Program-made: the position numbers and the translations under genes
Shown here: positions 8,485 to 16,401 of the stretch, one piece after another
Position numbering within the stretch: position 1 is the stretch's first letter
Layout of the letters: every line of letters starts with the position of its first letter
The notes under the pieces: model-generated
Told to the model about the DNA's origin: nothing
The model's input: the letters and a program-made list of their open reading frames with translations, nothing else
The model's database searches: none
Source of the DNA: Patescibacteria group bacterium
GTDB lineage: Bacteria; Patescibacteriota; Minisyncoccia; Moranbacterales; GWC2-37-73
Length of the DNA: 64,000 nt
NCBI GenBank assembly: GCA_022709565.1
Contig: JAKLIO010000001.1
Coordinates: forward strand, 150,906-214,905
Direction of reading: 5' to 3'

Positions 8485-8680
8485 GCCCCACACCAAATTG
8501 GCGCAAGACTAACCTTCAAAGCTTTTCAAATGTAAAAGCAAAAGGGGTTGATCCCGCACTAAATTGGCACTGCGCCAAAGGCGCAAGATTAAATATCTTA
8601 AATTTGAGCCAAGATAGTTTTTAGAAGAAATTTTTAAAATTCAAAGATTTGCTTTATTAGAGCGCTAAATTAATGCGGGG
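8485..8680. repeat. composite/nested copy of the CCCCGCACTAAATTGGCAC MITE-like element
   Basis: Truncated left end GCCCCACACCAAATTGGCGCAAGAC (8485-8509); full left end CCCGCACTAAATTGGCACTGCGCCAAAGGCGCAAGA (8553-8588); degenerate right end GCGCTAAATTAATGCGGGG (8662-8680), which abuts a TTGACA box. Confidence 0.5.
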
Positions 8681-8709
8681 TTGACAAAAAAATAAAGCTG
8701 TGCTAGACT
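8681..8709 (+). promoter_or_regulatory. sigma70-like promoter
   Basis: TTGACA (8681-8686), 17-nt spacer, TAGACT (8704-8709). It would give a roughly 270-nt leader before the ORF at 8984. Confidence 0.55.
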
Positions 8710-8983
8710 CTTAAATCGAGTAGAAAAATCAGACACTTAGTTCTTATGAAAATATTAGCATTTAATGCTAAATCCATTTTTTGCTTTTGTTGACCTGTAG
8801 GCAGTTGGGGACTCCTATCTTTTGTCCTCAATTCGGCAACTTTTTTGTCCAGACATGGGCATCGCGGTTTCGGCTGCGGTGTTCCTCGACACTGTTGCTT
8901 CCCCGAGGGACCTCGTCTTTTGGGACTTGTCTACAGATCAATGAAAACAAGATTTAAAATAAAACGTTAAAGGAGTTCATACA

Positions 8984-9181
8984 ATGCTAAAGGCCTACAA
9001 ATTAACATTTGCTGGAGACAGTGGATTGGGATTTAATGTAAAGGGAAATGTTCTTGTTATCGCAAATAATTTAAAAGATGCCAGAAAATTCGCGAAAGAA
9101 CAAGGATTTACTATTGTCAGAAATACAGAGCGAACAGAATGGTTCAGAGTTAAAGAGGGACTTTGCATGGTGCTTGAATAA
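8984..9181 (+). CDS. hypothetical small protein (65 aa)
   Basis: RBS AAAGGAGTTCATACAATG and a terminator immediately downstream; no family recognised. Confidence 0.5.
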   Translation: MLKAYKLTFAGDSGLGFNVKGNVLVIANNLKDARKFAKEQGFTIVRNTERTEWFRVKEGLCMVLE

Positions 9182-9206
9182 AGAAACGCCATACTATTAA
9201 AAAATA

Positions 9207-9240
9207 AAAGGCAGGTGATTGAAAAATCCCTGCCTTTTAA
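9207..9240 (+). terminator. rho-independent terminator
   Basis: AAAGGCAGGtgattgaaaaatCCCTGCCTTTT. Confidence 0.7.
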
Positions 9241-9297
9241 AATTGTCGAAAAAATTGTATTTCCTAAAAAGCTAAGCAGCTAAAACCTAAAGCCTGC

Positions 9298-12200
9298 TTA
9301 GACTACCCGATCCACTTCATCAAAAGTCGTTTCGCCTTCGAGAACTTTCAAAATGCCGTCTTGTTCCATGGTGATCATGCCGTTTTCAACGGCCTTGTCC
9401 TGAAGCTGCGTCGTGGACGCGCTTTGCATAATCAATTCTTCGATATCTCGGTCAACTACAAACACTTCGCTGATGGTCGTCCGGCCTTTATAGCCAATTT
9501 TGTTGCATTTTTCGCAGCCATTCGGCACATACACGTGGTCGACTTTCGGAATAATCACGCCGGATTTTTCGGAAATATTTTTCAAAACTTTTTCCACCCT
9601 AGCTTTTTCTTCTTCAGTCATTGGTCTTTCTTTCTTGCAGTCGCAAAGTTTTCTGACCAGCCGCTGCGCCATGAGCGCGTTCACAGATGTGGCCAAATCA
9701 TCACTACGCACGCCCATGTTAGTTAAACGCTGGATGGAACCCGCCGCACTATTGGTGTGGAGCGTGGAAAGAATCGAATGGCCGGTCAGAGCGGATTGCA
9801 CCGCAATATTGGCGGTTTCTTCATCGCGGATTTCACCGATCATCATAATGTCCGGATTCTGACGAAGAAGTGCGCGGAGAGCTGTGGCAAAATTATAGCC
9901 ATTCTTATCATCCACAGCTGTCTGCAAAATTCCTTGGAGTTGATATTCGATTGGATCTTCCACGCTGATGATTTTCACTTCCGGATTATTTAAAATTTTC
10001 AAAATACTGTAGAGCGTTGTTGTTTTTCCTGATCCGGTCGGGCCCGTGTTCAAAAATACGCCGTTCGGTTTTTTTGTTTCACGAATTATCCTTTCCAAAT
10101 TCTGCTTGCGAATTCCCAGCTTTTCCAAATCAAGCGCAACTGCCGATTTGTTGAGAAGACGCATTACGACTGTTTCCCCATAGCCGCCCAAAATTACAGA
10201 CACGCGGACATCCACTTTTGTTTCGGTTATGTTTTTATACGGTTTTTCCAGAGCTATCGTAAAGCGACTGTCCAAGACCCCCCCTCGCACATCCGAAGCA
10301 AACCCGCTTAATAATTTTATATTACCCAAAAGGCTTGGATATTCGTTGATTGGAATTTCCGCAACTGTTTGCAAAATCCCGTCCATGCGGTAACGAATCT
10401 TCACAAATTTTTCTTCCGGTTCAATATGAATATCGCCAACATTCAAAAGCAAACCACTGCCTAGCATATATTTCCCGACTTCCCGCTGATTGGAATTTTG
10501 AAGAAATTTGCCCAAAGATTCAATCGATGCCATATTTTCGGAAACCACATTAAGCTCTTCTTCAGAAATCTCCACAGCCCGCGAAAGAGATTGGTCCATT
10601 AATTTTGCGTAAATATCTTCCAAAAAATCTGTTTGTCCGGTCGCGCTCCAAACTTCCTCCATTGAAGTCAAACCTCCAATAGCTTTAAGAATTCCGTCTT
10701 GCGCCATCATAATCATTCCGTCTTCCATGGCCGCCTGAGTGATTTCTCTTTCACTGCCCATTTCTATAATAAGCTTTTCAACAGACTCCGTGATTGTTAA
10801 AACTTCAAAAATTCCGATACGACCCTTGAAACCAATACTATGGCACTTGCTACAACCAACCGGACGATAAAGCTTTTCAACTGTTTTCGGAATTTCCAGT
10901 TTAGCTTTCGGCGAAATAATAGAAAGGATTTTTTTAATTGAATTGATTGTTTCCTTGGCTGGCACATATTCTTCTCGGCAATGCGGACAAAGTTTTCGCA
11001 CCAGTCGCTGTGCAATGAAAGCATTGACGGAGGGTGCGATAAGGTTTGATTTGACTCCTAACTCTATCAATCTGGGAATTGAAGCTGAAGCATTGTTAGT
11101 ATGTAGTGTTGAAAGCACCAAGTGGCCAGTAAGAGCCGCATTCACGGAAATGTCGGCTGTTTCATCATCGCGTATTTCACCCACCAAAACAACATCGGGA
11201 TCTTGGCGCACAATCGCCCGAAGACCTTCAGCAAAAGTATAGCCGCGGTCTTTTTCAACCTGTGTCTGTGAAATATTTTTCACTTCGTATTCAATAGGAT
11301 CTTCAATGGTAATTATTTTCACCCCTGGCGTATTCAGTTTATTAATAAGAGCATAAAGCGTGGTGGTTTTGCCTGATCCGGTTGGTCCGGTTGTCAGAAT
11401 CATGCCATGGGGTTTTTCAGTTTCTTTTTTTACTCGTTCGTAGGCCAAACCCTGCAGTCCCAAATCCTCCATTGAAAGCATAATGTCAGCTTGATTCAAA
11501 AGACGCATAACAATTGATTCTCCATGATTGCCGGGAATAATGTTAACGCGCACGTTTATTTTTCCATTTTCCATATCAACTGCAAAATGGCCGTCTTGAG
11601 CAGAATCGCGAACATTAATTTTCAATTTTCCCATCATTTTAATGCGAGACAGAATGCTGCGATAAGATTGGTCCGGAAAAACACCGATATCTTGCAGTTC
11701 GCCATCGATGCGAAAACGCATGCGCGCTGTTCCTTCCTGTGGTTCAAAGTGAACATCACTAGCTTTCATTTTCACTGCTCCAGCCATAATAATGGAAATA
11801 ATTTCTGTTGTGGGGATTTCCCGGATACGATTTTTAAGATTCAAAAGTTCGCCGAATTCTTTTTCAAATTCTTCCAGATCCTCACCACTCAGTTTTATTT
11901 GCATTGATTCCAGACTTTCCAAAAAAGGAACATCCTCATATCTTTTCCAGACTTTTTTCAAAGAAGCGGTTGAGATCACATACAGATGAACTATCCACCC
12001 CTCTTCCTTTTTGATTTTTTCAATGTGTTCCAATGTTTCTTTATTGCTCGGATTGATAACCCCTATCCGTAATTCTTTGCCATTTTTTTGAAAAACTGCC
12101 ATTTCATATTTTTTAGAATCCTCCTCGCTTATCAAGCGCATATCGTCCGAACTTACCGGAAAAATATTAAGATCAACATATTCCATGTTGGCCATAGCTG

Positions 12201-12315
12201 CCATCTGCGCTGCCAGCTCTTCCTCCGATTGCTCGCGCATCTTTTGCAGAATTTTTCCAGTCTGCTCCTGCTTCTCGTCGCTTTGCTTTATTTTTTTTGT
12301 AGAAATCTTAACCAT
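9298..12315 (-). CDS. tandem-duplicated PilB/GspE-family secretion ATPase (T2SSE_N domain plus two complete ATPase units)
   Basis: Two Walker A boxes GPTGSGKTTTLY (DNA about 11362-11388 and 10016-10045); two Asp boxes (IITIEDPIEY, IISVEDPIEY); two Walker B boxes (DPDVVLVGEIRD, NPDIMMIGEIRD); two His boxes (TGHLVLSTLHTN, TGHSILSTLHTN). The N-terminal MshEN-like region occurs only once. Confidence 0.9.
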   Translation of the reverse strand: MVKISTKKIKQSDEKQEQTGKILQKMREQSEEELAAQMAAMANMEYVDLNIFPVSSDDMRLISEEDSKKYEMAVFQKNGKELRIGVINPSNKETLEHIEKIKKEEGWIVHLYVISTASLKKVWKRYEDVPFLESLESMQIKLSGEDLEEFEKEFGELLNLKNRIREIPTTEIISIIMAGAVKMKASDVHFEPQEGTARMRFRIDGELQDIGVFPDQSYRSILSRIKMMGKLKINVRDSAQDGHFAVDMENGKINVRVNIIPGNHGESIVMRLLNQADIMLSMEDLGLQGLAYERVKKETEKPHGMILTTGPTGSGKTTTLYALINKLNTPGVKIITIEDPIEYEVKNISQTQVEKDRGYTFAEGLRAIVRQDPDVVLVGEIRDDETADISVNAALTGHLVLSTLHTNNASASIPRLIELGVKSNLIAPSVNAFIAQRLVRKLCPHCREEYVPAKETINSIKKILSIISPKAKLEIPKTVEKLYRPVGCSKCHSIGFKGRIGIFEVLTITESVEKLIIEMGSEREITQAAMEDGMIMMAQDGILKAIGGLTSMEEVWSATGQTDFLEDIYAKLMDQSLSRAVEISEEELNVVSENMASIESLGKFLQNSNQREVGKYMLGSGLLLNVGDIHIEPEEKFVKIRYRMDGILQTVAEIPINEYPSLLGNIKLLSGFASDVRGGVLDSRFTIALEKPYKNITETKVDVRVSVILGGYGETVVMRLLNKSAVALDLEKLGIRKQNLERIIRETKKPNGVFLNTGPTGSGKTTTLYSILKILNNPEVKIISVEDPIEYQLQGILQTAVDDKNGYNFATALRALLRQNPDIMMIGEIRDEETANIAVQSALTGHSILSTLHTNSAAGSIQRLTNMGVRSDDLATSVNALMAQRLVRKLCDCKKERPMTEEEKARVEKVLKNISEKSGVIIPKVDHVYVPNGCEKCNKIGYKGRTTISEVFVVDRDIEELIMQSASTTQLQDKAVENGMITMEQDGILKVLEGETTFDEVDRVV

Positions 12316-12455
12316 AAACCTTTCTTTTTATTTTAGTGTCTTTGTTTTTATAAAGAGTACCCTTATTATACATATTTTAACTCAAAAAGCTTAAATAAGC
12401 AAAAAGACTGTCTTGAATTTTCAATTTATAATTTTTGCATTTTTGCATCCCCTAG

Positions 12456-12633
12456 GCGCCATATGAAGTACGTAGGCTAAGCGCGAGTGATGAGCGTTAA
12501 AAAATTTTAAAACGGAGCGTAGCGGAGTGCAAATTTTAGCGAAGAATGAAGCGCTTGCCATCAGTATCTTCATCCGGCGCGACTTTCTTTTGTAACTTTT
12601 CTTATCTAGAAAGAAAAGTTAATTATGAATTTT
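12456..12633 (+). repeat. 178-bp near-identical direct repeat, copy 1
   Basis: Identical to 15050-15228 apart from one extra C in copy 2. Contains a long imperfect hairpin (GCGCC..ATGAAG..GGC.AAGCGC / GCGCTT.GCC..CTTCAT..GGCGC) and a second hairpin ACTTTTCTT/AAGAAAAGT. Confidence 0.85.
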
Positions 12634-12733
12634 GCGGAAAAAGAAAGTGGAAATAAGTTTTTTAAAAAAAGACAAAAAAATATACACTTTGCCTCGGCCG
12701 ATGCAAAGCGTATAACAAGACAAAAAATATTTT

Positions 12734-13879
12734 TTATTGCTGAACCGCCAGTCCAGCTCGCAGTTTTTCCACAATCCGCTGCCCAGCTTCAGCCGTATCA
12801 GTCGCTTCCTGCTTGAACTCGCAAACATCTCCACTAGCTTTCACTTCCATAATTTCCGCGATTTTGTTAAGCTGTTCTTCATTCACGCATTTGATGATTC
12901 CATGAACTTCGCCAGCCGTTTCATTGAAAAGCACCATAAAAATTCGGCCAGCTGAATAATTTTCTTTAATCTTATCCAGAATAAAAGGCACGTCCGACGG
13001 GTTACTGCGGCTCTGCACAAAATCTTCAATATAGACAGGAGCCCAAGCCATTCCCAAATCATCTTCCCAGAAAAGCCGCGACATCACGCGTCCCCAAAGC
13101 TTCAAAAGATGAAACGGTTGCGTCTTGAACAGATAGCGGATAATTTTTTGCTGGTCAGCCCCTTTAGCCATCAGCATAGCTGCAATCTGCAAAGCTTTCG
13201 GCGTAGTGTTTTTTTTCTGGAAGCTGTTAGTCGCATCAACTATTCCAGTCAGCAGATTTTCCGCAATTTTTTCATCAATATTATTTTCATTATTTTTTTG
13301 CAAAAGATCGGCTACAATTTCACAAGTTGAAGAAGCGGTCATGTCCACGACATTTATCTGCCCGAAATTGTCATTCTCACTGTGATTGTCGATATTAACC
13401 ACCGGCACTTCATAAAAAATATCCGGATTTTCTTCATAGACCTTGCCCAAAGATTCCTTATCCGGACTGCCCAGCACGATCACCAAATCATACTTAAACT
13501 TGGCCGGAATAAATGAAAAGTCGCGCGGATCAATTGAACCTTTTTCCGGCGTAATAAAAATGTTGAGCTGTTCGCCGCTGCGCTCCGTGCGCACGTTGGT
13601 AATTTTATTATGTTCCGTGTTAAAAGAAAGAACGAAATCGCGCGCGCCCGCCAAACTATCCATGACATCTTCCGGTTTGTTCAGAAAAGAAAAACGATCA
13701 AACTGTTTATTTTCAGACGGCACAACCACTGTCGCTTCGATCCCGGTTTTTTTCAGAAAAAAATACATCGCCCAAGCCGAACCTATGGCATCACCCGCTC
13801 CGCTGTGCGCCATAAAAATCAACGCGTGCTTCGTGCTTTTCAAGATACTTTCAAATTGTTGCGAGTTGTCTAAAACCAT
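12734..13879 (-). CDS. DHH-family phosphoesterase paralogue with degenerate catalytic motifs
   Basis: NrnA-like layout, but motif I reads HSGAGDAIGS (canonical H..PDGDxxGS), motif III reads DNH instead of DHH, and no GGGH box is evident. Confidence 0.65.
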   Translation of the reverse strand: MVLDNSQQFESILKSTKHALIFMAHSGAGDAIGSAWAMYFFLKKTGIEATVVVPSENKQFDRFSFLNKPEDVMDSLAGARDFVLSFNTEHNKITNVRTERSGEQLNIFITPEKGSIDPRDFSFIPAKFKYDLVIVLGSPDKESLGKVYEENPDIFYEVPVVNIDNHSENDNFGQINVVDMTASSTCEIVADLLQKNNENNIDEKIAENLLTGIVDATNSFQKKNTTPKALQIAAMLMAKGADQQKIIRYLFKTQPFHLLKLWGRVMSRLFWEDDLGMAWAPVYIEDFVQSRSNPSDVPFILDKIKENYSAGRIFMVLFNETAGEVHGIIKCVNEEQLNKIAEIMEVKASGDVCEFKQEATDTAEAGQRIVEKLRAGLAVQQ

Positions 13880-14077
13880 ATCAGAAAAATTTCTAATTAC
13901 TAATTTCTAATTTCTAAACAAATATCAAACCGCAAATTTCAAATGTTTGGTTATTGATTATTCGAAATTGTTATTTTTTTGTTTCTTGTCTCTTGTTTAT
14001 TGTAGCTTCTCTTGGGCTGTAATAATCGATATTTGAGTTAGTAATATAAGTTAGCAGGGTTTAATAATGCTGTCAAC

Positions 14078-14205
14078 TCCGCATTAATTTGACATTTTCG
14101 CGTTAAATGGTTGTAAAATAGAATTTCAGCATCTTGAGATCAAAAAAGTGATTATTTTTTACTAACGCCCTTAGCGCAATGTCTATTTTGCACTGAGCCA
14201 ATTAT
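14078..14205. repeat. degenerate fourth copy of the MITE-like element
   Basis: CTCCGCATTAATTTGACATTTTCGCG resembles the CCCCGCACTAAATTGGCACTGCGCC left end. The right side (..GCACTGAGCCAATT) is eroded and abuts a strong promoter. Confidence 0.3.
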
Positions 14206-14208
14206 CTA

Positions 14209-14237
14209 TTGACAAAAAGCCTATTTTGGAGTATAAT
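14209..14237 (+). promoter_or_regulatory. consensus sigma70-like promoter
   Basis: TTGACA (14209-14214), 17-nt spacer, TATAAT (14232-14237). Confidence 0.7.
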
Positions 14238-14426
14238 GGGAAGTTAGTTGATCAGAAGGCTTATTTTCAAGTATCCGAAAAGAATTGCCCGAAATAAGCC
14301 CCAAAAGGTCCCTTAAAAACAAATCTTGCCGCAAAATTGTTTTTGCGCTCCGCCTAAAAAATGATTTTGTGGCAAGATTTAAAAACAAAAAAACAATAAA
14401 GATGCCCACTGGGCGGGAGGATTATC

Positions 14427-14924
14427 ATGAAAAAATTTATAGTTGTGATTATGATTGTGGTTATGGTGTTTGTCTCAACTTCTGCCATGGCAAATCATGG
14501 CGGGCACCATGGAGGTGGAAACGGAATTGCAACCGGATTTATTATCCTCGGAGGTATCATAATTGCTGGGATTGCAGTTGGACTCACAAATTCCGTAATT
14601 AAAGCATTTTCTCAACCAGCTCCGGCTCCGGCACAACAACCGGTTTATGGGCAACAGCCGGATTATAATCAACAGGGAATTCCTGAACAGCAGTTGGATT
14701 CTTCGCAATATATTGTGAAGGAGACGAAAGATGTTTTAGGAAAAGTGGAAGTCTTGGTTGGATCGCCTAATGGCAAGGGTCCAGCCCAGATTCAGGGACA
14801 AAAGTGCTTTCCTAATGGGGTACTTTTCCCATACGGAGCACGATTGTTCGACTACAACAACCGGGAAGTCGGTTACGTCCCCAGGGGAGGCACTTATAAA
14901 CCAGGGGAGTGCCTATATGATTAA
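14427..14924 (+). CDS. secreted/membrane-anchored protein with His/Gly-rich N-terminal segment, Pro/Gln linker and small Cys-containing C-terminal domain
   Basis: RBS GGGAGG 6 nt upstream. Signal peptide MKKFIVVIMIVVMVFVSTSAMA, then NHGGHHGGGNG, a TM helix, and a QPAPAPAQQPVYGQQPDYNQQ linker. Confidence 0.6.
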   Translation: MKKFIVVIMIVVMVFVSTSAMANHGGHHGGGNGIATGFIILGGIIIAGIAVGLTNSVIKAFSQPAPAPAQQPVYGQQPDYNQQGIPEQQLDSSQYIVKETKDVLGKVEVLVGSPNGKGPAQIQGQKCFPNGVLFPYGARLFDYNNREVGYVPRGGTYKPGECLYD

Positions 14925-14971
14925 AAGTGCTACCGTCGTGATGCAACACCCCCGGCACGGCAAAGCACTCA

Positions 14972-15010
14972 GGCGGCTGAGACAGAAATTGTCTTAGTCG
15001 CCGTTTTTTT
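14972..15010 (+). terminator. rho-independent terminator
   Basis: GGCGGCTGAGACAgaaatTGTCTTAGTCGCCGTTTTTTT. Confidence 0.75.
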
Positions 15011-15049
15011 ATTGCTTAAATTTCGTATCTAGCTTTTAGTATTCCAAAT

Positions 15050-15228
15050 GCGCCATATGAAGTACGTAGGCTAAGCGCGAGTGATGAGCGTTAAAAAATT
15101 TTAAAACGGAGCGTAGCGGAGTGCAAATTTTAGCGAAGAATGAAGCGCTTGCCATCAGTATCTTCATCCGGCGCGACTTTCTTTTGTAACTTTTCTTATC
15201 CTAGAAAGAAAAGTTAATTATGAATTTT
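15050..15228 (+). repeat. 178-bp near-identical direct repeat, copy 2
   Basis: See 12456-12633. The ATG at 15220 that the ORF track uses as the tsaE start lies inside this repeat. Confidence 0.85.
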
Positions 15229-15282
15229 ATAAAAAATGATAAATGCTTTACACTTTCACTTTTTCACCTTAAACTCTTTAAT

Positions 15283-15756
15283 ATGAACAAAAATACCTTT
15301 GTCACAACATCATCAGTTCAAACCAAAAAACTTGGGTCATTGCTGGCCGAGGAACTTCGCGGTTCTGAAATTATATGTTTGTCTGGCGATCTTGGCGCCG
15401 GCAAAACTACTTTCACGCAAGGCCTGCTCAAGAGGTTAAAATCCAAGGGTCCTTTTACGAGCCCAACATTTAACATTGTAAAAGAGTACGAAGTCAAAAA
15501 TCGCAACGTCCATAAAAAAAATACGAAATACAAAATACGAGATACGAGATACAAAATTTATCACATAGATGCTTACCGCGTTAATTCAAAAGATATTCTG
15601 GAGCTAGGTTTCAAAGATTTCGCCGGAAAATCCAATTCCATCGTCATTATCGAATGGGCTGAAAGAATAAAGAAACTAATCCCCTCTTCCGCACTCTGGA
15701 TTAAATTCCAGTGGCTGAGCGAAAAGGAAAGAAAAATCACGCTTGGAAAAAAATGA
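15283..15756 (+). CDS. tsaE: tRNA t6A37 biosynthesis ATPase TsaE
   Basis: GDLGAGKTTFTQGL P-loop, SPTFNIV and YHIDAYR motifs. Start moved to the ATG at 15283 (MNKNTF) outside the repeat. Carries an insertion, KNTKYKIRDTRYKI, encoded by ATAC heptamer repeats. Confidence 0.8.
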   Translation: MNKNTFVTTSSVQTKKLGSLLAEELRGSEIICLSGDLGAGKTTFTQGLLKRLKSKGPFTSPTFNIVKEYEVKNRNVHKKNTKYKIRDTRYKIYHIDAYRVNSKDILELGFKDFAGKSNSIVIIEWAERIKKLIPSSALWIKFQWLSEKERKITLGKK

Positions 15757-15852
15757 AAAAATATAGGACATTTCATTGGCAATGGCTTTTTTCATAGAAA
15801 TTTCAGCCTTTTTTGTGTGTATTAGCTAATGTTATTAGCGCCCAGCAACCCC

Positions 15853-15881
15853 TTGACAAACAACCTTATTCCTGCTAATAT
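15853..15881 (+). promoter_or_regulatory. sigma70-like promoter
   Basis: TTGACA (15853-15858), 17-nt spacer, TAATAT (15876-15881). Confidence 0.6.
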
Positions 15882-15942
15882 GCTTTTTCTTCTTTAACAA
15901 CAAAAAAACGATAAAATAAACCAGTAAAGAAAGGACTAAGCC

Positions 15943-16212
15943 ATGTACCCAACAGACGGAGATTCAAAGAGAGATTTTGATTATAAGGGAAAAACTTACA
16001 AAGCCTACTTCCGTTCCGAAACAAAAAAAGGAAGAGGGAAATGTTCCATTTGCGGCAGGAAAAAGTATTTTTTTTCCGTAGAAAAAGTCATCGGCGTGAA
16101 GGACTACTACGGAAATGAAATCGACAAAGATTCAGATCTCGAAAAAGAACTCATCGAAAAACTGAAAAGGGTGGTCCGCAGGGAGACAATCTGCGACCAC
16201 TGCGAAATGTAG
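15943..16212 (+). CDS. small zinc-ribbon-like protein (89 aa)
   Basis: CSICGRKK ... CDHCEM (CxxC ... CxxC); RBS AAAGAAAGGACTAAGCCATG. Confidence 0.5.
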   Translation: MYPTDGDSKRDFDYKGKTYKAYFRSETKKGRGKCSICGRKKYFFSVEKVIGVKDYYGNEIDKDSDLEKELIEKLKRVVRRETICDHCEM

Positions 16213-16224
16213 GGAGGTGCTCAA

Positions 16225-16401
16225 ATGAAACAAAAAAACACTCCCAAAAAACAAAGCAAGAGAAGCTTTAAAAGCCTTTCCGAAATAAATCACTACATCT
16301 TAACAAAAGAATGCGGGGAAAAGGAGGCAAATAGAATAATGTGCGAAATGAAGAAGTTTGAGAAAATGGGTCATCCCTCAAAAAATAAGATGCCCATCTA
16401 A
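16225..16401 (+). CDS. unannotated small ORF (58 aa, basic)
   Basis: Below the track's length cut-off. Strong SD GGGAGGTG 5 nt before the ATG at 16225. Translates to MKQKNTPKKQSKRSFKSLSEINHYILTKECGEKEANRIMCEMKKFEKMGHPSKNKMPI. Its stop overlaps the convergent 311-aa gene by 4 nt. Confidence 0.4.
   Translation: MKQKNTPKKQSKRSFKSLSEINHYILTKECGEKEANRIMCEMKKFEKMGHPSKNKMPI

Noticed and set aside
15220-15282. Track start of tsaE at 15220 (MNFIKNDKC...) and the 63-aa ORF at 12625-12816 starting with the same MNF.
   Set aside because: Both ATGs lie inside the 178-bp repeat. The tsaE homology begins after the ATG at 15283, and the 12625 ORF runs antisense into the DHH gene.
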